Assembly (NCBI GenBank): GCA_964304625.1
Contig: OZ199839.1
Coordinates: forward strand, 7,413,979-7,477,978
DNA from: Kudoa neothunni
Taxonomy: Eukaryota > Animalia > Cnidaria
Length of the DNA stretch: 64,000 nt
Direction of reading: 5' to 3'
Shown: positions 26,602 through 39,260 of the stretch, in pieces
How the letters are laid out: every line of letters starts with the position of its first letter
Position numbering within the stretch: position 1 is the first letter of the stretch
Translations under genes and position numbers: made by a program
The notes under the pieces: model-generated
The model's database searches: none
What the model was told of the DNA's origin: nothing
Seen by the model: the letters and a program-made list of their open reading frames with translations, nothing else

Positions 26602-28175
26602 AGGAACGACCTACTGAAAATTTTCCCAAGCTTTGATAGCGTGATTAGTTTTAGGTTGGATCGCGCATTAATTCATAATTTATGGGAATACAATTTTCAG
26701 AGGGTCTCATAATAATTTCTGGAAGTATAATTGGCGGGCGCATTTAACCCTCTAAATAAAATGGGTAGGTTACTAATCCAAGTGAATTTGGCCGACAATA
26801 TCATGGTGTATCCATGATAAATAACTTCTCCTCCGTTTTTGTAATCTTCTGTCTTTATGTACGCTTTCGGAAAAACTAATTGAGATTTTTTTCGCCATTT
26901 ATCCAAAAAGTTTGTTTAAAGATACACTCTAAATAAAATTGGGATAGGAATCTACTCCACATTTTTCTTTTATACAATTGTATAAAATTTCGATATATGC
27001 CGATTTTAAAAATTTAAGAAAATTATATGCAGTAAATATTGAATAAATAGTCAAAAAAGTATAATCATGCTCGCGCTTTGCGCGGTGTAGAGATAGGTAA
27101 GTCACCCTCTTCTGAATGAAGCGATTACTCCTCAGATTTTGATGAACCTAATATTATTAATCAAAATATGATTATTCTTCATCATTTTCTTATATTTATG
27201 TCGTGGAAAGCATTAAAACAAATACGATGGCTGTTTTCTGAAATAATTGTTGTTTGCTATCATTCTGTGTTTTCTACGTAGTACAGTCATCTCTGGATAT
27301 TGCGCAATAAATGCCCCCTCATTTAATGTAAAATGTATACTCTGGATATTGAACGTTTAGCGCATGCGCCTCAGTATGAAAATTTATGTCCGACTTATCG
27401 ATCATTAAATAATTATTGATCGATCTATTCACTAAATGATTAATAAATATTTATTTAATTTTCGTAAGTTTATTTTTTTAATTATAACGCAACAACTTTT
27501 GCATAACGAACAAAATATTGTTGCAAAGATATTAACTCCAACAGGTTACCCATCTAATGGTTAGTTTATTTGATGATTATATTACCTAATCGTATTAAAA
27601 TAAGTTATTTATGTTTGTATTTGCTTTACTAACTTAAACCCTCCTTATTTTTGAGTCAAACATTATCCACGTGGTTCCTATTCTTAATTTTATATATTTA
27701 ATTTGTTAAATATGCATAATTTTATTATAAATAAGATTATTTCATATCATTGTGTTTGATTTAGTTTATTCATTTTTTTCATCAATTTTATTTGAATTTC
27801 TTGAAAATAAATGAGAAAATAATGGTAATAACAACAGATTAATATTTATAACAACGTTTTTGTTTGATTAAAATAGTTTAAATATATAAAGCACATGTTA
27901 AAAGAAATCACAATGAAGTTTTTTTAATATTATATAATTATAACTCATGATTTTTCCATCGATAAATAAATAACGTGTTATAACTTATAACTAAATGAAG
28001 TATATGTCTCCCGAATTGTAAAAGTTATTAACACCATATTAATAAATATAAAGTTTTCAGAATTTTGTTTTAAATCAATTTTTATTTTCGAAAGTATTAA
28101 TAAATTAGAACTTTATCATTAATCAACATACAATTGAGTTATATTTGAACATTTAATGATTGTTTTTCGCATTAA

Positions 28176-29876
28176 CCCTTCCTGTACCCCAGCAAAATAA
28201 GACCATAAACTTATGCAAAATTTCCCTTAATGCATTATTAGAAGGCAAGCACTTTAAATAATTTAATTAGATGTTATAAGGTTTTATTAAAATTATCATG
28301 CGATACTAATATAACAAAATAATATGTCATGATGTTATAAAATTCAAACATAAGCAATAAATAGACCACTAAAATTAAAAAATAAGATGAAAGAAGCTGG
28401 TTCTCACACTATCTATTGAGATACTGACCTGCGGTGTTACCCTCCATTTATTGCATTTCGGATTTTCTCGGATATAACCGGTGATTTTTTAACATTCTTG
28501 GTAATTAAGATTTTAGTTTAATAAGTTATAAAATAATGAATGATAGATAAAGTATGATTCTATTTTATTTTTACAATATAAATAATTGAAACGTTTTAAA
28601 ATCACATAGTAATGGTTTTTCATAAACATAAAGAATTTGAGTTTATTGAGTAACAACACGGAATAAATTTTATTCAAAGCAATCTGAACAGTATGAAACT
28701 TTTTTTTTCTATGATTCCAACAAAGAAATTTATTGCAGTTGTAGCAGCGAATATTCGATTTTTTATCTTTATTACGTGGACAGAAATAGCATCTATTTCT
28801 CGTAGATGGATTTTCAAAGCTTAACCGTTCGATAAATGTATCATCATTATTCGTTTGATTTTGAAATAGTTCGAAGCCGTACTTTAAGTTTGTCGAATAG
28901 TTAGTTATTGGACATCATTTGATGTTTAAAAACGTTGGCCTCAGCCAATTCAATTGATAATTGGCGCAAAAAATGTTACCGCTTGCTCCTGTCGTTTTTT
29001 CGCCATTCAGGATTTTTTGTCCAGATTATATATGCATTCAATGCTGCGATGTCAATCATATCCATGAACATTTTAAGGGGTCACCGACGCGTAGGCTTGG
29101 AGCAGGAATATAAATAAGTCATCTTATCCGCACTATCGACACCCCCCCCCCTTTTGTAGCATTGTAATGTAGGATAATTTGAGGCCGTTTCCGTTCTTTA
29201 TTTTCTAATGAAATATCGTTTTGTTCACTCGACAAAAGATTCACCACGTAATTCTTTTTTGAGATGTAGGAAATTAGGGTGAGATCACCATCAAATCCAA
29301 ACAAGGTGGAAAAACTTCACGTTTTGGATATCTCATAAATTCGTTAGGAATTTCAGGTTTGTTGAAACGAATCGTTCCTGTCAATGTTACATTGTTTCGT
29401 AAAAGTTTCTGTGCAAGCGGAATCGAAGTGAAGAAATTATCCACGGTAACTCCTCTACCGGTTCCGAAAAAAGGTTTGACGAGGTCCGTGACAACACGTT
29501 CTCCTTGGTTAATTTCTCTGCTACCGTCTACTTTACCAGTGTACGGCTGGATGTTCAACAGGTAACTAGTTTCAACATCAGCGGCCGCCCAAAGTTTTAG
29601 TCCGTAACGCTTTTTTATTATCATTAAAAGAAAAATAATTGATATTTTAATCATAAAAACTCATATACAAACAATTAAAAAAATTATAATATTAATTTGG
29701 TGGTAAAATCAGATATATTATAGTGACATATTCAATTTAATTTTCAACCTTCTTAAACTTTAATACATTATACAAAAATTAAAGAAATTTCGTGACTTCC
29801 ATGTTAATGAGTCAAGAATTATAAGAAAAAGTGTCATATTGGGGTATCCAATACACCCCACATCGGACAGGAAGGG
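28176..29876 (-). mobile_element. Internally deleted piggyBac transposon
   Basis: TTAA TSD on both sides (28172-28175, 29877-29880); perfect 10-bp TIR CCCTTCCTGT; carries the C-terminal half of a transposase. Confidence 0.92.
28670..29620 (-). pseudogene. piggyBac transposase fragment (PGBD4-like), frameshifted, N-terminal half deleted
   Basis: YGLKLW..YTGK, VTVDNFFTSIPLA, GTIRFNK, LLSS, YNATKGGV, and a C-terminal Cys-rich domain CYFC..CYNC..C..H..CSDC, spread over several frames. Confidence 0.88.
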
Positions 29877-31808
29877 TTAACCACGAATATACACGAAATC
29901 TCTGTTGGTGTAGGAAAAATTTATTTAAATATTTAAATTTTGTTTTTTATAATAAATTACTTTACGATGAAATTTAAATGGTGGCTCTTATTCAAATAAA
30001 GTCATTATTAACGGTAGTCATATTGGAAAATTAGAAAATTACGGTCACTTATTGGGCGTACGTAATATCGCAATTAAACGTACAATAATGAATATATATA
30101 AAAATTAATTGTACTCTATAAACTTTACAACAAAAATAACATATCGCACCAATTTGATTTTAGAAAAACTAAAATATCAATAGTTTTTATGCATTTTATG
30201 TGTCGTGCGAAATTATGGCTCGTGAGCCGATAGTCAATACATGGTAATAAAATTTCCACTCTGCCCTAAAAGTTGAGATTATAAAATATTATTTAAATGT
30301 ATTGAATAAATCGAACGCTAAATCCGAAACAATGAAGATTTTTGATGTAAAAATAAGGTCTGCCTTGAATACTATTATAACTATTTAAAGTATTTGTTTG
30401 ATAATATAACGATTGTTCTATTAAAAAATAATAAAACTCTCAAAGGGAAAATATGGATTTTGATCTACAAGTGGAAGAGTGGATTGAACTGATGAGAGCA
30501 AAATAGATAGAAGATTCTCAATATATTTTTATTAATATGGCCAATGAATTCCTTATAATGCCTCAAAATCAACATCTGTCTCCATTGGTTGGTTTATAAT
30601 TTAGTAAAAAGATATAACATTTCGTATAATATATTTTTTAATGAATCTTCAAATTTACACCGTGTTCCATTACAGATTAATTCAACTATTAAACTAAATA
30701 AGTACGCTAGTTGGTCAAAATATACCATAATTTTTTAATTTTGCATGCTCAAAGTTACGTGTCTTGCGTAATGGTTTTGATTTCCCTGTTGATTACACAA
30801 GACCCATAAGTCACTGTATATATTGAGTTAGATTAACATTTTGGATGAGAAATAAAATAGGGGAAAATCTCAACAACATCTGAATTGATACACGCATTAG
30901 GAAAGCTTCTTAAAAAAAGAAAACCCAAGTGGCCTACTCAAATTAAACACTGCTCAAGATAAAATTTAGAATACCTTAAGAGATATAATTGTGTTAAAGT
31001 ATTTTAAGCCGCTAAATTAGTTATTTCAGTAAAATTATACAAAAGTTCTATTTTACACATAATCATTATCTGGATATTGCGTATTCTCTTTTTACCGCGC
31101 ACCAACTTGAATTCCCTAATTTAGCGGACAATATGCAGAGACGACTGTAATAAGTTTACTAGATTATTACATATCAAATCTATCAGCCTATTATATTAAA
31201 AATAGAAATGAATAAAATAACGCAAAGCGCTAGATTGTATATATATATAACCTTATTAATACCAATTATTTCAACGAAAATTCTTGTAATAAACGATTAA
31301 TCATTTTTACTTTAGTTATTATAAGAATAAATATGTTCGTAAATTATTTTTACTGTGTTTAATCCTAATTAATCTAAGTTATAATTGATTTAGTCTTACA
31401 TTATTGTTTATTATAGAAAAATTAAATATAAAGTCGAGATAAAAACATGGAGAAATATTAGGTGATACCATAATACAATCGCAATATAATGACAAAGATA
31501 AGAGTAAACAAAAATACTCCAAATGTGTCAAATTAAATAGATGATTTAAATTATTGTTTCAAAAATCTAAACTTTGATTAAGAATATTTTGTCGATATTA
31601 GCCTTATTAAATATGAAAAAAATCGGATTTAATTAGTTACTTAGAAAGAAAAAAAATCTGTTAGAAATTTTTGGTTAAAATATTAATTGGAATCAAATTT
31701 GGTCGATATTTAGATTACACTAAAAAATTACTTTATATATTAGAAGACTTTTAAGAACTAGTCGTTACCATTACTCAAAATTTTGTCATGTAAATCTGGC
31801 ATTAGATA

Positions 31809-32560
31809 CGAGGGTGCGTTATCTGACCCAAGTAAAGTATAAAAAGCTAAATATATTCACAAAATATCGTATAGAGAGTTAAGACAAATGGATGTAGATC
31901 ATAATTTAAACCAACATGAAAATCGACAAATTATAAAACGTTACAGACATGATGCTGCAACATTTATAACACAGATGAAGGGATTTAAAGATAAAAACAA
32001 TAGAATACAGAAGAATTTTCATTTTAGTGTATTAATTAAAATTAGCATAATTGCATTTAATTTTTTCCAACCCTGACGGTCAATATAAAAACTTTCCCTG
32101 AATTTGATATATTAAAATTCATCCAGGCTCATAAGAATAATTTAAGAACTGGAGTATGAAAAGAGAAAGTTTTTTCGAGATATCTAAAAAAAATAAATTT
32201 CGTGTAAACGAAAATAGAATAAATTATATTTGAAGACAATATTTGTCGGCAGATAAAAAATATTTATAAATTCACAGAACTGAACAGATACCAAATTTTG
32301 TCTCAATGTAACAATGTAAAAAGATATAAATATTTTAACAAAAAATATCATCCAAACCAAAATTACATTTTATTTTTCGGTCAAATAACCTTAATATTAT
32401 AATTTTAGTTATAATAACCAAAAACTATCAATTAATCATGATGAATGATAAAGAAAACACAACAAAAAAATAACTGCGCACGCAGTTGAAATACGTATTA
32501 TCGGCTGTGGCGTTTATTGCGCAATTTTTGGATGGTCCCCCAAGGGATTAGGCACCCTCG
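31809..32560. mobile_element. Tc1/mariner-type MITE
   Basis: Left end TA|CGAGGGTGCGTTATC; right end GATTAGGCACCCTCG (9-bp perfect terminal match). The right-hand TA is not preserved. Confidence 0.55.
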
Positions 32561-32767
32561 GTTATTCATTGTAATACCATAAATGACGCATCTAAGCTTA
32601 CACACGATGAAATTAGATCTAGGTTTAACGTAAAATAAATCAAACAACAAATAAAAATCACGAATTTTCACTTTAAATGTAACAAAAATAGCTTTAAACC
32701 TAGTGATTCACCAGTTATTTTGTTAATGTGAATCCAATAAAATTGTTAAGACTTAATCATCTCTTAA

Positions 32768-33003
32768 CCCTTAACGGCTAACCATTGGATTCGTGCGTCC
32801 ACCTGCCTATTATTTTGTTGTAAAACCTGTTATAATTTGTGTAATTTTGCCAAACCATTAGCTTATTTTATTATGTCGATCGGTAGATAATACTTTTTTA
32901 AAAATGTAGATGAAATTCTGACGAATATACACAAAATATAACATGCATAACAACAAAATAATATAAAGATGGGCGCATGGAACTGAAGGTTATCCTTTAA
33001 GGG
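32768..33003. mobile_element. piggyBac-type MITE (236 bp)
   Basis: TTAA TSD on both sides; TIR CCCTTAACGGCTAACC vs CCCTTAAAGGATAACC (14/16). Confidence 0.85.
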
Positions 33004-33943
33004 TTAATATTACCTCCCCAAAAGAAGCAGAATTCATAAACCCAAAATTTTATTACAACCTAATTATAATTTAAGTGGGAAATATATCATTCAGACGGAT
33101 TTTCTAAGAGAGAAAGAATTTATATCCCGGTTCTTGATAACCGAGAAGGCAACAGTAACTGATATAAACCACTGTTCCCAACCGCTTTTCCATTGCGCTC
33201 ATCTTTTTCAAACGTATTGGTTTTTAAATTAAACCGCTAATAACTTTGAATAAAACTTCTTATCACATTCAAATTTGAAAGCGATTAATATATACATCTT
33301 CTCTCATTATAATAAAAATGTATTCGATCAAACCTAATTTAGTTTATCTAAGGACCTTAAAATTTAACATGTTTAGTTCTTCACTCCTTCATAACAGCGT
33401 TAACCAGGGCTGCCAGCGGGGTTTTAGGAAAACCCCAAGGTCGAGAAAAACGCTAGTTTAAAGTGCAACAAAAAATATAATCGTATCTATTAAAGTTTTA
33501 AATCTTCTTCCGATTCTATCATTACGTTTAAGGATATTAAATTTAAATTTATCATCGTAGTATTGCAATTTATTGGCGCGAACACTCACTCATACTTAAT
33601 GTCTAATATAAATCAATATGCTCAAAAATAATTCATTCATTCATAGTTCAAGATATATTTTGGAATAACGTTTAAATTTTCTAATAATGTACGATCATGT
33701 TAACTGGGGTTGCCCGGCACCAATTTTGGAGCAGTATTCGGTACTCGCCAAAAGGTACCGATACTTAAAACCGATACCAATAAGACTTCGCTTGTTAAAA
33801 CAATCGAATAATTAAGAACAATGTGTTAAATTACATTAAAATGTATCAAGACTTTTTTATTAATCTTTACATATTTCACCACTGAGTAATACAATAAACA
33901 TATTAGGTTTGCAATGTTCATTAGGCCTATCAATAAAATATCA

Positions 33944-36900
33944 GGTAATGGTAAGGTATGTGACTCCGAAAAACACCATCTTGCGTACGATTTTTCTCGT
34001 TTTTTCTTTTACGATCATCAATAATAAACCAAAAGAATATTGAGCTCAAATAAATTACTTCTAAATTTACGCCTAATTCCTGTTCGACCACAGTCGGATA
34101 CACGTGTCATCTACATCGTTTTGCAATAAGCACCGAAAAATAGTTTATTATTTGCTTTTTTATACTAATTAATATATTATTACTATTATTTAAATTTTCT
34201 AAATATTTTTATACCAAATATAACGTAGAAAATCTTCTAAATAAGCTAGTCTAATATAAAGAAATAATATGTCATCTATCGTTATTTCTAAATGTCAAAC
34301 TAACTGTTACACCATTTAGTGACATTTACAATTGTATATTTTAGTTTTAAAATTTTTATTAGTATATTAATCGCATATTGATATTTTTGGCTACAAAATT
34401 GAAGAAAGACATTAATAAAAAATATTTCAATATGTATTTAGGTTACTTAAAAATACTAAATTAGAAAAATTTTAGAAATAATAAATCGTGTATTTTTTTA
34501 TTTTTGTTTAATACGACTTAATGTATTTTATTAATTTATATTACTAATTTATTTAAACAAAACAACGTTTTATCATTTTTTAGTATATAATTTAGTTTTG
34601 AAAATAAATAATTTATGATTTCAGTTTATTTTTATGTCCAAATTATGCTTTGCAACAACTACTATTCTATGAACGCGCAGTTGAGGTGTTATGCAATATA
34701 TTGAACTTATGACCAGTTGTATGAAAATTCGTAAGTTCAAACTTTCTTGCAAATTTTAATATAGCAATTTCTATATGAATATTCAATTTATTCACTAATA
34801 TTTTCACCCAGTTTTAATATTCCAGTGAATGGAACTATCAAATGTATTTATTTGAAATAAATTAGAATTAATCTGATTTATTATTTACATTAAATACAAC
34901 AAATAAAAACACATTTATACAAAACGGGCGCAAAAGCCCCGCTTCGCACGGGCTTTCTTGTCTGGCCACGCAGACTAAAGCCTTTTGAGTAGGTCATGGT
35001 CATTTGAAGTTCAAAATAAATTCAGAGTATTTAGATAAATAGTACAAAGATTACCCGATTAACTGATGATTTATTTAACTCATTTGGCGCACGAACCTTA
35101 TTTAATAGTTTTAAAAACGAATAAACACTACTGAGCGTTTGAATTTCCCATATAGAGCTCCTAAAATATCGATTTTCTCCTTGTTGTTTGCATTAATCTC
35201 TAAATCATACCATATGATGAATGTGACTAATCTTGTTAAACATCAACAAATTAATTTCGTATTAATGCTTGACTACATAACCTAATATTACCTTCCTTAT
35301 TTGAACTATTTCAATTACTAAATTACTTTTAAGTAATTTTAAAGTAAAATAAACATTATGATACATTTAAAATTGACTTTTAAAACTTTAACGAAACGAT
35401 CTATATGTTTGCATAAATCCTATAATCATACTATTCATATCACGTGAAGATGTTTTTTGTCATTTTGCAGAATGCAAACCTTTTATAATTTTTTACGTAT
35501 TTTTCTATATTAAAATAAAATTTTATCTTTCCATATGTGTACTCAAACGGAACGATATGTCTCTCTATAAAGAATGAAAAATGCGTACACACGCACATGG
35601 ATTTCCGATTTGCTTTATATAGTCGAGAGGATGTGATAGGCTTATTAATAACTACGTTCGTATAGTAACGTAATTTTTGTTAATATATTATTTAAAGTTG
35701 AAATTTTTCTCCCATAATTGATCGGAGCCATTTTTCGAACAAATATGGGGGCAAATTATCGAATGAAACACCCCGTTTAATTCGGAGAAACTTTGTTTTG
35801 AGTCTCCCCCAACAAGTTTCTATGGTGTTTGTATAGGTACCGTCTCTGACATATTCAATTGAGTGATTGATTTTTATATACCTGTAACCAAGTGAATTCA
35901 GGGTACTACAGGCTCACCATTCATCACTGCAAATGATAGATCCTTTAAGAACCTCATTTTGGATGACTGGAATAAAAGTTCCCCGGTCACTTTTCTGGAC
36001 GTAGAAATAACGGACTTCCATGAGCTGCCTTTTCCCATCGTCGCATATCTTGCAAAGACAAAGTCCGAAAACCCAAGGGCCGTCTACACGATCTCCGTAT
36101 CTCTCCCGTCTCTTTCTCGTGTTTCCTATACTCATTTATGAGGTAAAATATTGTGATAAATAACCATCAATAGTTACATCCGAAAATTCGATCTCGGATG
36201 GAGAATATTCGCTATCACTCATATCATTTCCTGTTGCATTATAAATATAGTAAATGGAAGTGGCAAGAATCTGAGTTGATAGAAATTACTAATTGGTGCA
36301 ATAAATTCTTTATCTGATGAAACTTTTCACGTGTCCCCTTTTAAATATCTCCCCCGATTAATCTTCCTCTTGCCGCGAAGAAGAGTCTCATCAAAACTTG
36401 ATACACATATTTTTCTAATCTTGTGAAACCATGAAGAAGTGGTAGGTTTGGAAATACTTGTCATCTTACCGGCCGACATAATGGTGTTGTCCATCGACCA
36501 GTACTAAAATATTTTAAATATTTTTTTATCGTTAATTTTGTTGTTGAGGTAACGGAATCCATAACAGAGAAAAAGGTACCGTTTCGAGGGGAAACACTGG
36601 CTTTACACCTCAATTACATTAAGTCGTTATTTCACAGAAGATAAGTACTTTTTACAGCTATAAGTGAAGGAATAATCAATGTTGTTTCGATCGTAACACG
36701 AAGTTTCGGTCATTGATCTCCTTACATTTATTTTTCTCTTTTTTAAAGTAAAGGTTTTAAAATTTCAACACTTAAAGCATCTTTCTCGGGCAGCTTTTAG
36801 ATAGCCCCTTGTTACTAAGGTGTAAAAAAACCTATCATGGTCATTAATTAAACAGAAAAAGTCATTGTCCCCTCTAAAACCTAAACGCTCCGTTATGGCG

Positions 36901-37161
36901 GTTTTCACGTGATAAATAAACGCAGACAAATTTGATACTGTTGCTAATAAAAATAATAAACTATTTTTCGGTGCTTATTGCAAAACGATGTAGATGACAC
37001 GTGTATCCGACTGTGGTCGAACAGGAATTAGGCGTAAATTTAGAAGTAATTTATTTGAGCTCAATATTCTTTTGGTTTATTATTGATGATCGTAAAAGAA
37101 AAAACGAGAAAAATCGTACGCAAGATGGTGTTTTTTTGGAGTCACATACTTTACCATTACC
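33944..37161 (-). mobile_element. Merlin (IS1016/ISXO2-like) DNA transposon with about 210-bp TIRs
   Basis: 33944-34153 is the reverse complement of 36951-37161 (2 substitutions and 1 indel by eye). TIR starts GGTAATGG and encloses a degenerate IS1595-family DDE transposase. Confidence 0.88.
35700..36840 (-). pseudogene. Merlin/ISXO2-like transposase pseudogene
   Basis: Fragments SPRNGTFF, FDETLLRGKRKINRGR, PWVFG, IICSDEW, INHS and TNTIETCWGRLK, separated by stops and frameshifts. Boundaries approximate. Confidence 0.82.
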
Positions 37162-37614
37162 CAAATTTTACAATATCAAATTTAATTATACAAGTTTGTA
37201 TAGGTTTTAAACACGAATAGTTTAAAGGCGAGAAGACAACCACGTACTCTCAAAATATATTTTCTTAATTTTCTTGGAGCTGATGAGTTTTTTCAATAAT
37301 TAATCAACATTATATTTTAGACCAACATTTAATTCCTGAATTTTAATAATAAAAAATTTAACAAAAAATCTTATAAACTAACAAAAATCTTACTACATTC
37401 ATATCTATATTCAAAAGTTCCTAAAGTATTTTATTAAAGTGAAAAATGAGATGTTTTTGTGAAATTTGCGAAAAGTTTATTTTTGAAGTTAGTTTGTATA
37501 AATTGTTATATATCAATAATAAAAAATCCAAATAATAATAGTAATAGTAATAAATAACTTTTGAATTAATAACTAAGAAAGAAACAAAATAATTCAGTTT
37601 GTTGAAAAAAGGTT

Positions 37615-37796
37615 GAGATTACATGTGTATCCGACCGCGTTCAGATGAAAAATTCTCAAAATTTTGAAGTTATTATTCTGAGCCAAATTTTTGCTCTCCA
37701 TATTCTTTCATTTTATTGTCAAAAATCGTAAAGAAAGAAATGCGAAAAAACATGCGCAAGAGGACGTTTTTTGGTGCCGCATACTTTACTATTACC
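37615..37796. repeat. Diverged third copy of the Merlin TIR (right-end orientation)
   Basis: GTGTATCCGAC..AAATCGTAAAG..GCGCAAGAGGACGTTTTTTGG..CATACTTTACTATTACC parallels 36990-37161. Confidence 0.75.
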
Positions 37797-38186
37797 AAAA
37801 TCAGTTAGGTTCCCGCATTAAATAAAATCAGTAAACTTTCGAGAAATAAAACTTTTTTTTAAATGAATAAAAATTTTGGCGTAATCTCGTTAGAATACAA
37901 CAAACGTCTAAAACGATTGAAATTTAAAAGGTGGACATGCAGAGAACATGGTATCGGAATGGGTATCGATACGACCTTAATGTTAACTAAACAATTATGT
38001 AATCGTGTCACATTAAACAATCTAATGTGCTGTCGTTAAAAATATAAATATTAATGTAGAACATAATAAAATTTGTGTTATTATTCAATGCTTACAGGTT
38101 TTCAGCAAAAACATAAGATTTTGTAAAAGATGGCAATACCCCTAAGAAACCGAGGTGACCATAAAAATCCCAAGCCCTGGCGTTAA

Positions 38187-39260
38187 CCCTTTGAACCCCA
38201 AATTTAATTCATTGACTGTAGAAAATTTTTTTTGCTCATTCTGTTAAATTTTAAATAATTATATACAAAATATCCAAAAATTGGAGCAGTCATTTTAAAA
38301 ATTAAAAAGATACACACATGGTGCCAAACGGCAACATTGGGACGGGGCTTATTTCAATATGCGGGAGTGCACATGTGCTTTTTTTAATGTTACTTTGTTT
38401 TTAACCGAGAAATTACTTTTCCACCACCACCACCACCATCAAAAATGAAATATTAAATTATTGATTACAATTGTAATAGTCCAAAAAGCAGTTTCTGTTT
38501 TTATTGAAGCACAAATGGACATTGCACTTAATGCAAATATGTTCAAATAATCTATCATTGAAGAATCGGTTGAAATAAATGAAACATTCAAATACAATAT
38601 CTTCAACTTGTTCAAAAATATCAGTTGTTTCAATATCATTGTTTAATTAATTTTTCGCGTTCATTATCTAATTTTAACGGTAGTCATCTTTCTGCCCGTC
38701 ACTAGAACTGTATTCGGATACAATACCGTCATATTGACTATACAAAATGGAATCTGATTCCAGTCCAACGTCTGATTTGTGCCCATCTGGTAATAATATG
38801 ATTTTTTAAAAGTATACCTTATTTATTTATCCCCAAAACTAGTCAGAATCCATTCCAAAGAATATAAACACACATAAATAGAGGGCCCAGTATTGCCAAA
38901 TGGCAATATGGATTAATCTGTCCCTATAATATACATATTAAAACATATTTTCTTCTTAGATTCATTTTTAGAATAAAATTATTTAATACTATATGCGTAT
39001 ATTTTTTTATTTTTCTGAAACCTCAAAATTCCAAATTCAATTGCAGGATACTTTTAGCCATTTTTACTCGCTGTACAGTTATATATTCAGCTGTATTGCT
39101 CTTGATATAAAATATAAGAATTTTTATAATTCATTTATATAAAATCAAATTAATATTAATTATATTATTATAATAAAGCTAGATTCAAAAAATGTCATTA
39201 AATGGTTAAAAACTCACAAAATAAAAATGTTGCCATTTGGCATCATTGAGGTTCAAAGGG
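38187..39260. mobile_element. piggyBac-type MITE (about 1.07 kb)
   Basis: TTAA TSD on both sides; perfect 11-bp TIR CCCTTTGAACC; three internal TGCCANN(T/C)GGCA palindromes. Confidence 0.88.

Larger units (their letters stand above)
27284..31147 (+). mobile_element. Degenerate pogo/Tigger-like element interrupted by a piggyBac
   Basis: Ends TA|CAGTCATCTCTGGATATTG and CAATATGCAGAGACGACTG|TA. Broken CENP-B-type HTH remnants at about 30440-30630 (DFDLQVEEWIELMRAK.., GW..KRYNI). Confidence 0.75.
33705..37979. mobile_element. Second hAT-type non-autonomous element (middle layer)
   Basis: Perfect 8-bp TSD ATGTTAAC (33697-33704, 37980-37987); degenerate ends TGGGGTTG / CGACCTTA; subterminal CCGATAC motifs on the left mirrored by GTATCG motifs on the right. 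Confidence 0.7.
33405..38179. mobile_element. hAT-type non-autonomous element (outer layer of nest)
   Basis: Perfect 8-bp TSD GCGTTAAC (33397-33404, 38180-38187); ends CAGGGCT / AGCCCTG. Confidence 0.75.
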
